Below are positions 55,290 to 64,000 of a stretch of DNA of 64,000 nt, piece by piece. A program made the translations under genes and the position numbers. How positions within the stretch are numbered: position 1 is the first letter of the stretch; every line of letters begins with the position of its first letter. Source of the stretch: Dehalococcoidia bacterium (lineage in GTDB: Bacteria > Chloroflexota > Dehalococcoidia > Bin125); NCBI GenBank assembly GCA_022825265.1, contig JAJDXE010000006.1:20923-84922 (forward strand), read 5' to 3'. A model generated the notes under the pieces. It was not told the origin of the DNA. It searched no databases and saw nothing but the letters and a program-made list of their open reading frames with translations.

Positions 55290-56528
55290 TCAGCCTGTCT
55301 CATCCGGAAGATTGAGTGGGAAGAATGAGATGCTCCCGGCCGAAACGCGCCGCGGAGGCGCAGAACCGTCGGCCGGGACGAGATAGCAGCCGTTCTGGGG
55401 GCCGAATCCACGCCGACCCGATCCGCCATTGCCCAGTGCCAGGCCGGAGAACGTAATCCAGTTCCCGCACGGACTGACCACCTGGTGAGAATGCGCAAAC
55501 TGGTCGTAGAAGTTGAGCATCGTCGCGAACTCGGCCGATGGCTGGAAGCGAGCCAGGCGCATGCTGCCGACATACTCCCCGTCGCGATTGAGGTCGTACC
55601 GGACCAGCGAGATCATCGTGCTCGACGGCTGCGGCTCGAAGGCGAACACCGCACGCCCGTCCGGCGCCCAGAACACGCCGTTGATCGCCCGGTCAATGAC
55701 CGGCTGCTGCATCCCGGTAATCGGGTCGAGAATTGTGAGCTGACGTCCTTCGGCGTCGCCAGGGGCGAGCGTCAATACGGCCAGGCGATTGTCGCTGCGC
55801 GAGGCAACAAACGAGGCCGGACCGCTCAGCTGCATCAGCTCTTCGTACTCCGAACCCGACCCAACCTCGCTACGCCGAGCGCCCACGATGATCGAACCGC
55901 CGCCCGGTCGCGGCTTCGCGAAATAGAAGGCCGATCCATCAGGCGACCAGGCGGGCGAGCGGAAACTCGGTCGCACCCGTTGAATCTGGTTCGGACCCTC
56001 GGAGTCGCCTGAGAGGTCGAACAGCACGAGTTGAGCCGCTCGATGCACGAGCACCGCTCGCCCGTCAGGCGCCCAGGCGAAGTACAGCGGAGCACCGTCG
56101 ACCAGTCGCTGCGCTCGTCCCTGCCCGCTGGCCGCGACCAGGTTGACGGCGAGCCCGCTGCCGACATTGCCGACGACTGCAAGCGCGCGCCCCGATGGTG
56201 ACCAGTTGACGTAATGAGCCAGGCCGGCGGCGATCACCTGCCGGCCGTCCCGGGGATTCTTGAAGATCGGTACCACGGGACCCTCATTGTGCGGCGCGCA
56301 CCACAGCTCAAGCTTGGGATCCTCGCGCCGCTGCGACGACGCCGAAACCGCGATCTGTTCGCCGTTCGGCGACCACGATGGCCACATGAAGACCATGCCC
56401 TCGGATTTCATATCCAGGCGCGTCACTAGATCGGCCGACCACTCCGAGCTCTCACCACGAACCTGGGCGATGTGGAGCGATCCGTCGTCAGAGATCAGCG
56501 CAAGAGGCGTCGGCGTCATGTCACTCAC
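55290..56528 (-). CDS. TolB/PD40-repeat beta-propeller without obvious signal peptide
   Basis: Repeated WSPNG, WSPSG, WAPDG, WSPDG, WAPDG units. Confidence 0.75.
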   Translation of the reverse strand: MSDMTPTPLALISDDGSLHIAQVRGESSEWSADLVTRLDMKSEGMVFMWPSWSPNGEQIAVSASSQRREDPKLELWCAPHNEGPVVPIFKNPRDGRQVIAAGLAHYVNWSPSGRALAVVGNVGSGLAVNLVAASGQGRAQRLVDGAPLYFAWAPDGRAVLVHRAAQLVLFDLSGDSEGPNQIQRVRPSFRSPAWSPDGSAFYFAKPRPGGGSIIVGARRSEVGSGSEYEELMQLSGPASFVASRSDNRLAVLTLAPGDAEGRQLTILDPITGMQQPVIDRAINGVFWAPDGRAVFAFEPQPSSTMISLVRYDLNRDGEYVGSMRLARFQPSAEFATMLNFYDQFAHSHQVVSPCGNWITFSGLALGNGGSGRRGFGPQNGCYLVPADGSAPPRRVSAGSISFFPLNLPDETG

Positions 56529-57094
56529 TGAGCAGCCATGTCGGTGGTCGTCTGACGAGATCGAATCGCGTCGATCCCAGCTTGCTGCTCCTCATACCGA
56601 GCAAGATCGAACAGCACCGACGAGGCGCGATTGAGGTACCGGATCGTGTCGTCGTTGACCGGGTGACCGTGTCCGCGCAGCCGGACCGTCTCGCGCTCGG
56701 CACGCCGAATCGTCGTGCGCGCCAGGTCGAGCGCGGCTGAGCCCGGCGATCCTCCGGGCAGAACAAACTCATTCGGAGGCGGAGCGAGCTGCTCCAGCTC
56801 GGACGCCCAGGCCTCCAGTTGGTCGACATCCTCGCTGTCGGTGACGAAGTCGTCTGGGATCGATTTGCCCGGCGCCACGGCCAGTTCCGCCATGATCAGA
56901 TAGAGCCGCCGCTGCATCTCGACCGCAATCTCGCGGGTCCGTCCATCGCTCGAAAGGGCACGGCCGAGACCCAGCGCCGCCGACGCTTCGTCGATCGCCC
57001 CGTAAGCCTCAGGCTGCGGATGGTCCTTGGGAATCCGGCCACCACCCCAGAGGGTCGTCGAGCCGTCATCTCCCGAGCGCGTGTAGTGCGGCAT
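56525..57094 (-). CDS. pduO: PduO-type cob(I)alamin adenosyltransferase
   Basis: YTRSGDDGST, YGAIDEA, FVLPGG, ARTTIRRAER, YLNRASSVLF. Confidence 0.88.
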   Translation of the reverse strand: MPHYTRSGDDGSTTLWGGGRIPKDHPQPEAYGAIDEASAALGLGRALSSDGRTREIAVEMQRRLYLIMAELAVAPGKSIPDDFVTDSEDVDQLEAWASELEQLAPPPNEFVLPGGSPGSAALDLARTTIRRAERETVRLRGHGHPVNDDTIRYLNRASSVLFDLARYEEQQAGIDAIRSRQTTTDMAAQ

Positions 57095-57122
57095 GCCTCA
57101 ATGGTATCCGCGCTCGGCAAAT

Positions 57123-57482
57123 CTAGTCGGCGGTCGCAGGCTGCAGTTCCGTCCACGCGCCAAGCAACTCAGGGGTCGTGCTGATCCCGAGGATGATGAA
57201 GCCCTTCTTGCGCGGACGACGGTCGTCCACGTAACCCAGGAACTCGAAGAGCGGTTCGCCCTCGTGGTCAACCAGGCGCCACGTTTGGTCAGGAGCGTTC
57301 GGATCGAGCAGGGTGGACGAACCGTCGGCTGGAAGCGCAATCACTCGGCCCTGGTCGACGCCGCAACCGGCCGGCGCAAAGCCGGTCCATTCGGCCTCGC
57401 TGAGGCTGGTCACCGGCGTCCATTCCTCCGAGCCGGTCATCAACTGGACTTGAAGTTCGCAGTATTCAATCTGGCGGGCCAT
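57123..57482 (-). CDS. Hypothetical protein
   Basis: GGAG SD; fills the gap between macrodomain and pduO; no family recognised. Confidence 0.6.
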   Translation of the reverse strand: MARQIEYCELQVQLMTGSEEWTPVTSLSEAEWTGFAPAGCGVDQGRVIALPADGSSTLLDPNAPDQTWRLVDHEGEPLFEFLGYVDDRRPRKKGFIILGISTTPELLGAWTELQPATAD

Positions 57483-57505
57483 GGTGGACTCCTGTGAGAG
57501 CTGCG

Positions 57506-58039
57506 CTATTGCTGGATTTCAGCGGCCGATTCGAGGTTCTGCCAGACCTGCTCGAAGGCCTCGAACGCGAGTTGATCAAAGAGGACAAACCGGATCGTTC
57601 GCAGACTGCGATTGCCACCCGAGTGTTCGTAACAGACGGTGAGCATGATCTCGGCCGCCTGGCTGTAATCGAATCCGCCGACGCCGGTGCCCAGCGCGGG
57701 AAACGCGATCGATGACAGTCCCAGTTCCTCCGCCCGCTTGAGCGCGTTGTCGGTCGAGGCGCGAATCTTCTCGGCCGAGGTGAACAGATCCTGACCCATC
57801 GCCGCCGCGTGGATCACGTGCTTGCAAGCGAGATTGCCCCCTCCAGTGACGACCGCCTCGCCGACCTCGATCGGCCCCTGCCGGATCGCCTCATCCTCAA
57901 TCTCGCGTCCGCCCGCGCGGACGATCGCGCCCGCCGTGCCGGCGCCCATCCAGAGATGGTTGTTCGCGGCATTGACGATGGCGTCAGCCTCCTGCTTGGT
58001 GATGTCACCCTGGAGGATCTCAATCGTCGAGTCGGTCAT
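57506..58039 (-). CDS. Macrodomain protein, YmdB-like
   Basis: GDITKQEADAIVNAAN, GAGTAGAI, VIHAA, FPALGTGVGG. Confidence 0.92.
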   Translation of the reverse strand: MTDSTIEILQGDITKQEADAIVNAANNHLWMGAGTAGAIVRAGGREIEDEAIRQGPIEVGEAVVTGGGNLACKHVIHAAAMGQDLFTSAEKIRASTDNALKRAEELGLSSIAFPALGTGVGGFDYSQAAEIMLTVCYEHSGGNRSLRTIRFVLFDQLAFEAFEQVWQNLESAAEIQQ

Positions 58040-58119
58040 CGTGGGCGGCTCCCGCCTGCTCGATGCTTGTCAGTCAATATGCAGCCTACGCTGCTCCGCT
58101 GGCGAGCTCATGCGGCGGA

Positions 58120-59100
58120 TTACTTGATCGCCAGGCCATTCGGCGGACTACCGGTGCCCCCGGTCACATTCAGCGGCGCGGCCGCGAAGAAGCTCTCGTA
58201 AACGCCGTCCTCGGCGCAATCGTCAGCCAGCGCGTCGAGGGTGAACATCTCGCCGATCGCCATCCCGAACCGCCCGATGATCCAGTGGTGCAGGAAGCCA
58301 TCGGGATCGGCAAAGTTTGGCGGAGGCCAGGACTCAAGCGCCGGGTTGTCCGAGCACACCGCCGCAGGATGATGATCGAAGATGTAGGCGGCCATCTCCT
58401 CCGAGCAGCCCAGTCCGGGGAAGGCCAGGTTCGGCATCTGTGAGAGCGACTGGCGCGTCATCATGTCGGTCTGCTCGTACCAGCCAATCCAGCCAATCCG
58501 GATCAGCAGTACGTCGCCAGCCTGCAGCTCGACCCGCTGCGCCGCGCGGCAGGCTTCGAGCTCATCGGCTGTGATCGGGCGGTACTCGTCCATCGGCAAC
58601 GGCTGACCCTGCGACTCGAACCAGCGTCCCACGTCCAGCAGTACAGCCCGACCGGCGATCCCGCGCTTGGCCCAGTGCTCGATCCCCAGTTTGGGCGCGT
58701 CCCGGTTCTCCAACAGCCACTCGTTGGTCACGCCGCCCCAGAAGCCGTGCTCGAAATCGCCGACGTGCGTCAGCGCGTCCCATTGCGACGACTGCTGGGT
58801 GTAGAAGTTGTCCAGCACGTCGTCGCCGTGGTGGCCGAATCCGGCCCGGCGCATCACGGTGTGCCGCACGGCCCCTCGGTTGTACAGCGGCGGGCTGGGC
58901 TGAGACTGGTCCCAGTTCATCGGGAACATCGAGCCCTTGCGAATCAGCGACGCCGCCTGCACGATCCGCTCCGGAGTCTGCAGGTTGAACATCCCCACCT
59001 GGTCATCGTCGCCAAACAGACCCCAGGCCGTCTTGGCAGGATTCCCCGCCTTGTAGGGAAGCTGATCGTAAGTCGGGAGAGCGTCGGGTATGTCGGCCAT
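58120..59100 (-). CDS. Cyclase/kynurenine-formamidase-family metallohydrolase
   Basis: QSSQWDALTH, IAGRAVLLDV, GDVLLIRIG, CSDNPALE, GGTGSP. Confidence 0.85.
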   Translation of the reverse strand: MADIPDALPTYDQLPYKAGNPAKTAWGLFGDDDQVGMFNLQTPERIVQAASLIRKGSMFPMNWDQSQPSPPLYNRGAVRHTVMRRAGFGHHGDDVLDNFYTQQSSQWDALTHVGDFEHGFWGGVTNEWLLENRDAPKLGIEHWAKRGIAGRAVLLDVGRWFESQGQPLPMDEYRPITADELEACRAAQRVELQAGDVLLIRIGWIGWYEQTDMMTRQSLSQMPNLAFPGLGCSEEMAAYIFDHHPAAVCSDNPALESWPPPNFADPDGFLHHWIIGRFGMAIGEMFTLDALADDCAEDGVYESFFAAAPLNVTGGTGSPPNGLAIK

Positions 59101-59147
59101 GCCTGTTCCAGATTCGATTGGAGCGAATTTGCGACAAGTCTAGCCGT

Positions 59148-60371
59148 TCAGTCCAGCAGACCCGGGTACAGGATCTGCTTGATCTGACCGCGGAAGTTGA
59201 ACGTCCCTGAGGGCATGAACTGGGTGAGGAAAATGACGATCATCTCCTCGGCCGGATCGATCCAGAAGATCGTGCTGGCCGCGCCGCCCCAGTAGTACTC
59301 GCCGATCGATCCCACATTCTGCGTGCGCGGAATGTCCACGATCATCGCGAAGCCGAGCCCGAACCCGACGCCGTCGTTGGCGGTTTCTGAGAACGTTCCC
59401 AGCGCCCGCTCCGACAGATCCTGCCCATCGGGCAGGTGATTCATCGTCATCAGCTCGATCGTCTTTGGACCCAACAGCCGAGCCCCGTCCAGCTCGCCCC
59501 CGTTGAGCAGCATCTGGCAGAAGCGGTGGTAGTCGTTTACCGTCGAGACCAATCCACCGCCGCCCGAGAAGAAGGTCTGTGGCTCCGCATAGTGACTCGT
59601 GGCGGGATCGTCCATCAGACGCAGCCGCTTGTCGGGACCGCGCTCGTAGTTGGCAGCGAATCGATCGATCTTCTCGGGTGGGACATCGAATCCGGTGTCC
59701 GCCATCCCCAGCGGATCGAAGATCTGCTCCTGCAGGTACTCATCGAACCGCTGCCCCGAGATCACCTCGACCAGGTAGCCGCACACATCCGTCGACACGC
59801 CATAGTTCCAGTTCTCGCCCGGCGAAAACTTGAGCGGCATCTCCGCCAACCGGTCGATCATCGACTGCAAGTCACGGCCCTTCATCGTCCCGGCCGAATA
59901 CACATCGGCACGGTTGTAAGCCATCTCCAGCGCGCCCTCCATGAAACCGTACGTCAGGCCGCTCTGATGCGAGAGCACGTCGCGCATGGACATCGGGCGC
60001 GCCGGTGGGCAAGTGTCCGTGACGGCCCCGTCAGGATCAGACATCACCTGCAGGTCCCGCCACTGAGGAATGAACCGGCTGACCGGATCGGTGAGCTGGA
60101 ACGCGCCCCGCTCGTGCAACTGCATCAGCGCCACCGACGTAATCGGCTTGGTCATCGAGTAGAAGCGGAAGATCGTGTCCGTCGCCATCGGTTTGGCGCG
60201 CTCGCGATCCATGCTCCCCATCGCCGACAGGTGCGCGACCTCGCCTCGCCGCGAGATCAGCGTCAAACATCCGGCGATCTTCTCTGGCTGCACATAACGG
60301 CTGAGCAAGTGCTGGTCGAGGCGCGCGAGCGATTCGACCGAGATTCCGGTGCTTCCGACTGTGGCTGTCAT
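59148..60371 (-). CDS. Serine hydrolase (family VIII esterase-like), tandem paralog A
   Basis: YSMTKP (SxxK), LSHQSG, WNYGVSTD, SGGGGLVST, WGGAAST. Confidence 0.9.
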   Translation of the reverse strand: MTATVGSTGISVESLARLDQHLLSRYVQPEKIAGCLTLISRRGEVAHLSAMGSMDRERAKPMATDTIFRFYSMTKPITSVALMQLHERGAFQLTDPVSRFIPQWRDLQVMSDPDGAVTDTCPPARPMSMRDVLSHQSGLTYGFMEGALEMAYNRADVYSAGTMKGRDLQSMIDRLAEMPLKFSPGENWNYGVSTDVCGYLVEVISGQRFDEYLQEQIFDPLGMADTGFDVPPEKIDRFAANYERGPDKRLRLMDDPATSHYAEPQTFFSGGGGLVSTVNDYHRFCQMLLNGGELDGARLLGPKTIELMTMNHLPDGQDLSERALGTFSETANDGVGFGLGFAMIVDIPRTQNVGSIGEYYWGGAASTIFWIDPAEEMIVIFLTQFMPSGTFNFRGQIKQILYPGLLD

Positions 60372-60428
60372 AATCCGCGTCGCTTTCGTTGTTGGGCCGA
60401 AAAACCTGTTGGGCTGAAGAACTGGGGG

Positions 60429-61652
60429 CTAGTCGAGGATCCCCGGATACAAAATCTGCTTGATCTCGTTCCGGAAGTGATGCGCGTCCGAGGGCATGAA
60501 CTGAGTCATGAACACCACGATCATGTCCTCGACCGGATCGATCCAGAAGATCGTACTGGCAGAGCCCTCCCACCAGTACTCGCCGACCGAGCCGACATTC
60601 TGGACGCTCGCCAGGTCGAGCGCCATCGCGAAGCCAAGACCGAATCCAACCCCGTCGTTGGCCGCGTCGGCCCACGTTCCCAGAGCGTGGGCGCTGAGCT
60701 GCTGGTTGGCAGGCAGATGATTCATCGTCATCAGCTCGACCGTCTTCGGCCCTAGGATGCGAACACCGTCCAGCTCGCCGCGGTTCAGCATCATCTGGCA
60801 GAAACGCCAGTAGTCCTCAGTCGTCGAAACCAACCCGCCGCCGCCCGACAGAAAGGTCGGCGGCTCCAGGAATTCGTCCGCCCCGAACAGGTCGGTCTGG
60901 CGTAACTCACCATCCGGACCGAGCTCGTAGTTGGCTGCCAGCCGATGATGCTGCTCGGCGGGCACGTGGAAGCTCGTGTCGACCATCCCCAGCGGCTCAA
61001 AGATCTGCTGCTTCAGATACTCGTCGAATCCCTGCCCCGAGATCATCTCCACCAGATGCCCGCAAACGTCGGTCGACAGCCCGTAGTTCCAGTGCTCCCC
61101 CGGGGAGAACTTGAGCGGCAGCTCCGCCAGCCGATCGATCATCGACCGCAAATCGCGACCTCGCATCGTACCGGCGCGGTAAACCTCGCGCTCGAAGTAC
61201 CCGACCTCAACTGGCCCACCCTGGAAGCCATACGTCAGCCCCGACTGGTGCAACAGCAGGTCACGAATTGTCATCGGACGATCAGGCGGTCTGGTCACGT
61301 AGTCGGGATACTCCCCTCCAACCCACACTTGCAGGTCGCGCCACTGCGGGATGAACCGGCTGACCGGATCCGTGAACTGAAACAGGCCTCGCTCATGCAG
61401 TTGCATCATCGCCACCGACGTGATCGGCTTGGACATCGAGTAGATGCGAAAGATCGCATCGGTGGACATCGGCAGACCGAGCTCCCGATCCAGCATCCCC
61501 ATCGCCGACAGATGAGCAATCTCCCCACGCCGAGCAATCAACGTCACGCACCCCGCGATCTTCCCCCGCTCGATGTAGCGGGACAACAGGAAACCGTCGA
61601 GACGCGACAGCGCCTCAATGCTGATGTCGGTGTTGCCTACAGATTCGGTCAT
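60429..61652 (-). CDS. Serine hydrolase (family VIII esterase-like), tandem paralog B
   Basis: YSMSKP, LLHQSG, WNYGLSTD, WEGSAST; ATG 61652 behind GGAG. Confidence 0.9.
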   Translation of the reverse strand: MTESVGNTDISIEALSRLDGFLLSRYIERGKIAGCVTLIARRGEIAHLSAMGMLDRELGLPMSTDAIFRIYSMSKPITSVAMMQLHERGLFQFTDPVSRFIPQWRDLQVWVGGEYPDYVTRPPDRPMTIRDLLLHQSGLTYGFQGGPVEVGYFEREVYRAGTMRGRDLRSMIDRLAELPLKFSPGEHWNYGLSTDVCGHLVEMISGQGFDEYLKQQIFEPLGMVDTSFHVPAEQHHRLAANYELGPDGELRQTDLFGADEFLEPPTFLSGGGGLVSTTEDYWRFCQMMLNRGELDGVRILGPKTVELMTMNHLPANQQLSAHALGTWADAANDGVGFGLGFAMALDLASVQNVGSVGEYWWEGSASTIFWIDPVEDMIVVFMTQFMPSDAHHFRNEIKQILYPGILD

Positions 61653-61750
61653 GTTGCTCCACGCCGAGGCTAGCGCTGCGCCGCAACCAGCCAGGCGAGC
61701 AATCCCTAGCCTGCCATGCACACTCCATCGCGCCACCGCAAGGGCTCGCC

Positions 61751-63256
61751 ATGTCATCCATCGTCGCCACCTCAGCAGGACGAGTCAGCGGATCGTCCGA
61801 TGACGGTCTGCACGTCTTCCGAGGCATCCCCTTCGCCGCCCCACCGGTCGGCGACCTGCGCTTTCGCGCGCCCCAACCTCATCCCGGTTGGGACGGCGTT
61901 CGCGACGCCACCGAGTTCGGATCAATCTCGCTCCAGGAAGGCATGGACGCGCTCGATGCTCTCCTCCCTTCGCCGCCGCAGGCCCAGAGCGAGGACTGCC
62001 TCTACCTCAACGTCTGGACGCCCGGCCTTGACGATCGCTCGCGTCCAGTGATGGTCTGGATCCACGGCGGCGCCTTCACTCTCGGTTCAGGCAGCGAGCC
62101 GATGTACTCCGGAGCAAACCTTGCCCGGCGCGGCGATGTCGTTGTCGTCACGATCAACTACCGGCTCGGTGCGCTGGGATTCTTCCACGAACAGTCGCTC
62201 GGCGAGACCAACTTCGGCATGCGTGACATGGTCGCCGCGCTGCGCTGGGTGCGCGACAACATCCGCGGATTCGGCGGCGACCCCGACAATGTCACGATCT
62301 TCGGCGAGTCCGCAGGCGGCGCGGCCGTCGCCTGCCTGCTCGTTTCACCCGAAGCACAGAGACTGTTCCATCGCGCGATCGGAATGAGTACTGCCGGCGA
62401 TCACGGGATCCTCTTTGCAGGAACCATTCCCACGACCGACCAGCTCTACGCCCAGCTTGGCATCGAGGACGCCGATCCCGACATGTTGCGCAGCCTGCCG
62501 GCGGCCGACATGCTGGCCGCCCAGGCCGTAGTCGAGGCCGCTGCCTTTGAGGATCTGAGCGAAATGTGGTCGGTGCGCCTGCCATACGGACCGGTCGTCG
62601 ACGGCGCCTTCCTCACCGCCCCACCGCTGTCGACCGCCGCAGAGGCGAGCGCCGCCACTGCCGTCCCGCTGCTCTCGGGCAATCCCGACGAAGAAATGAA
62701 GCTGATCCGGGCGATGATGCCGCCCGAACAGCTCGACGAGGCTGGCGTGATGGCCCGGCTGGAACAGATTCCCGGCGGAGCGCGGCGAGTCTATGGCGCG
62801 TACCACCAGGCGCGAGCGGACCGGGGTGAGCCGAGCGCGCCGGACGACATTCTCGACGCCGTCGCCAGCGACTACCTGGAAATCATGCCCTCGCTGCGTT
62901 TCGCCGACGCCTGGTCGCGCGGCGGCGCGCCAACTTTCGGCTACACGCTCGACTGGAAGTCGCCGATGAACGACGGCGCGTTAGGTTCCTGTCACGCCCT
63001 CGATATCCCCTTTGCGTTCGGCACGCACCACGACGCGAAGGAGTTCGCCGGCAGCGGTCCGGCTGCCGACGCCCTCGCGCACACCATGATGGATGTCTGG
63101 ACCAGCTTTGCGCGAACGGGCAATCCGGCCATCGATGGTCTGGACTGGCCCGCATACGAACCCACAGCTCGCGCACAGGTCATGCTCGGAGACAACATTC
63201 GCATCGAGAATGCATGGCGCGCAACAGAGCGATCAGTCTGGGACGGCGTGTTCTAG
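61751..63256 (+). CDS. Type-B carboxylesterase, paralog of 13766-15295
   Basis: SEDCLYLNVW, WIHGG, FGESAGG, CHALDIPF. Confidence 0.92.
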   Translation: MSSIVATSAGRVSGSSDDGLHVFRGIPFAAPPVGDLRFRAPQPHPGWDGVRDATEFGSISLQEGMDALDALLPSPPQAQSEDCLYLNVWTPGLDDRSRPVMVWIHGGAFTLGSGSEPMYSGANLARRGDVVVVTINYRLGALGFFHEQSLGETNFGMRDMVAALRWVRDNIRGFGGDPDNVTIFGESAGGAAVACLLVSPEAQRLFHRAIGMSTAGDHGILFAGTIPTTDQLYAQLGIEDADPDMLRSLPAADMLAAQAVVEAAAFEDLSEMWSVRLPYGPVVDGAFLTAPPLSTAAEASAATAVPLLSGNPDEEMKLIRAMMPPEQLDEAGVMARLEQIPGGARRVYGAYHQARADRGEPSAPDDILDAVASDYLEIMPSLRFADAWSRGGAPTFGYTLDWKSPMNDGALGSCHALDIPFAFGTHHDAKEFAGSGPAADALAHTMMDVWTSFARTGNPAIDGLDWPAYEPTARAQVMLGDNIRIENAWRATERSVWDGVF

Positions 63257-63338
63257 CCGCCAGCGCAGTCCAACGGGCATACGTTGGAAGTAAGCAGACT
63301 CACTCAACCTACGACGCACCGATCGGGAGGAGGACGCG

Positions 63339-63974
63339 ATGAGGCTCGTCAAACGAATCGTTAACTGGCTCTGGACGACCAGGAACGGTCGAATCACGCT
63401 GGCCGGCATGATCGCCGCCGCGATCCCGCTGCTGCTCCTGGGCGGCTGGCTGATCCGACCGCTCTTCGTCGACACCGTCGTCGATGAGTCCTTCCCCCTC
63501 GGCGCCGAGGCCGCGATTCCCGAGCAGCTCACCGAAGATGAGGCCCGCGTCATGATGTCGGCGGCATCCAAGCTCGAAATCGAAGTCGAAGAACCGATGA
63601 CCGAGGCCATGGAATCCGCCGATGTCGTCGAGCTCAAGTCAGGCACGTTCGCCGACGCCGACGCCTTCCACAAAGGCGAAGGCACAGCGACGATCTACCA
63701 GCTCGAGGACGGCTCCCATGTCCTGCGCTTCGAGGACTTCCGCGTCACCAACGGCCCTGCCCTCTTCGTCCTCGTCAGCCCGCACCCCAACCCCGAGGGT
63801 CGCGGCGACATCTCCGACGCCGGCTACGTCGAACTCGCCCGCCTCAAAGGCAACGTCGGCAACCAGAACTACGTCCTCCCCGACGACCTCGACCCCGACG
63901 ACATCAACTCCGTAATCATCTACTGCAAACCCTTCCGAGTCGTCTTCAGCACCGCTGCCCTCAGCGACAACTGA
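63339..63974 (+). CDS. Membrane-anchored DM13-domain protein
   Basis: N-terminal TM helix; HKGEG, LRFEDFRVTNGPAL, LKGNVGNQNY, IYCKPF; GGAGGAGG SD. Confidence 0.88.
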   Translation: MRLVKRIVNWLWTTRNGRITLAGMIAAAIPLLLLGGWLIRPLFVDTVVDESFPLGAEAAIPEQLTEDEARVMMSAASKLEIEVEEPMTEAMESADVVELKSGTFADADAFHKGEGTATIYQLEDGSHVLRFEDFRVTNGPALFVLVSPHPNPEGRGDISDAGYVELARLKGNVGNQNYVLPDDLDPDDINSVIIYCKPFRVVFSTAALSDN

Positions 63975-64000
63975 CCCGCTCTCGCGTGTCGCGCGTTGAA

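Noticed and set aside
55290-56528. True TolB of a Tol-Pal system
   Set aside because: No signal peptide, no TolB N-domain, and no tolQRA or pal nearby.
60372-60428. Direct repeat GCCCAACA x2 (minus strand) between the tandem serine hydrolases as an operator
   Set aside because: Only two 8-mers and no adjacent regulator; insufficient evidence.
1-64000. tRNA, rRNA, tmRNA, RNase P, SRP RNA, CRISPR array, IS or prophage
   Set aside because: No diagnostic motifs, regularly spaced repeats or transposase/integrase ORFs recognised by eye; intergenic gaps are short. A tRNAscan or Infernal run could still find something missed.

Overview
High-GC bacterial chromosomal segment, densely coding, with about 70 genes. 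Lineage is inferred from gene content only (F420 genes npdG/cofE, an LLM oxidoreductase, Uma2, many hydrolase paralogs, no outer-membrane genes here): probably Chloroflexota, Dehalococcoidia/SAR202-like. No rRNA, tRNA, CRISPR array, integrase or transposase was recognised. Main themes: (1) a hopanoid pathway (hpnC/D/E, shc, polyprenyl synthase, hpnH, hpnG, hpnA) split into four blocks with unusual co-transcribed partners (SDR, DinB, Fur, beta-propeller, PduO, dodecin, GNAT-Zn ribbon); (2) a candidate unclassified riboswitch between a clean sigma70 promoter and an NMT1/THI5-type binding-protein gene; (3) an NCS2 permease fused to a degenerate anti-sigma-kinase-like domain; (4) many apparently leaderless promoters, an operator-like palindrome on an SPL-like radical SAM gene, and REP/REPIN remnants. 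Several starts were moved from the ORF track using SD, -10 and stop/start-overlap evidence. All calls come from motif recognition by eye; no database search was run.
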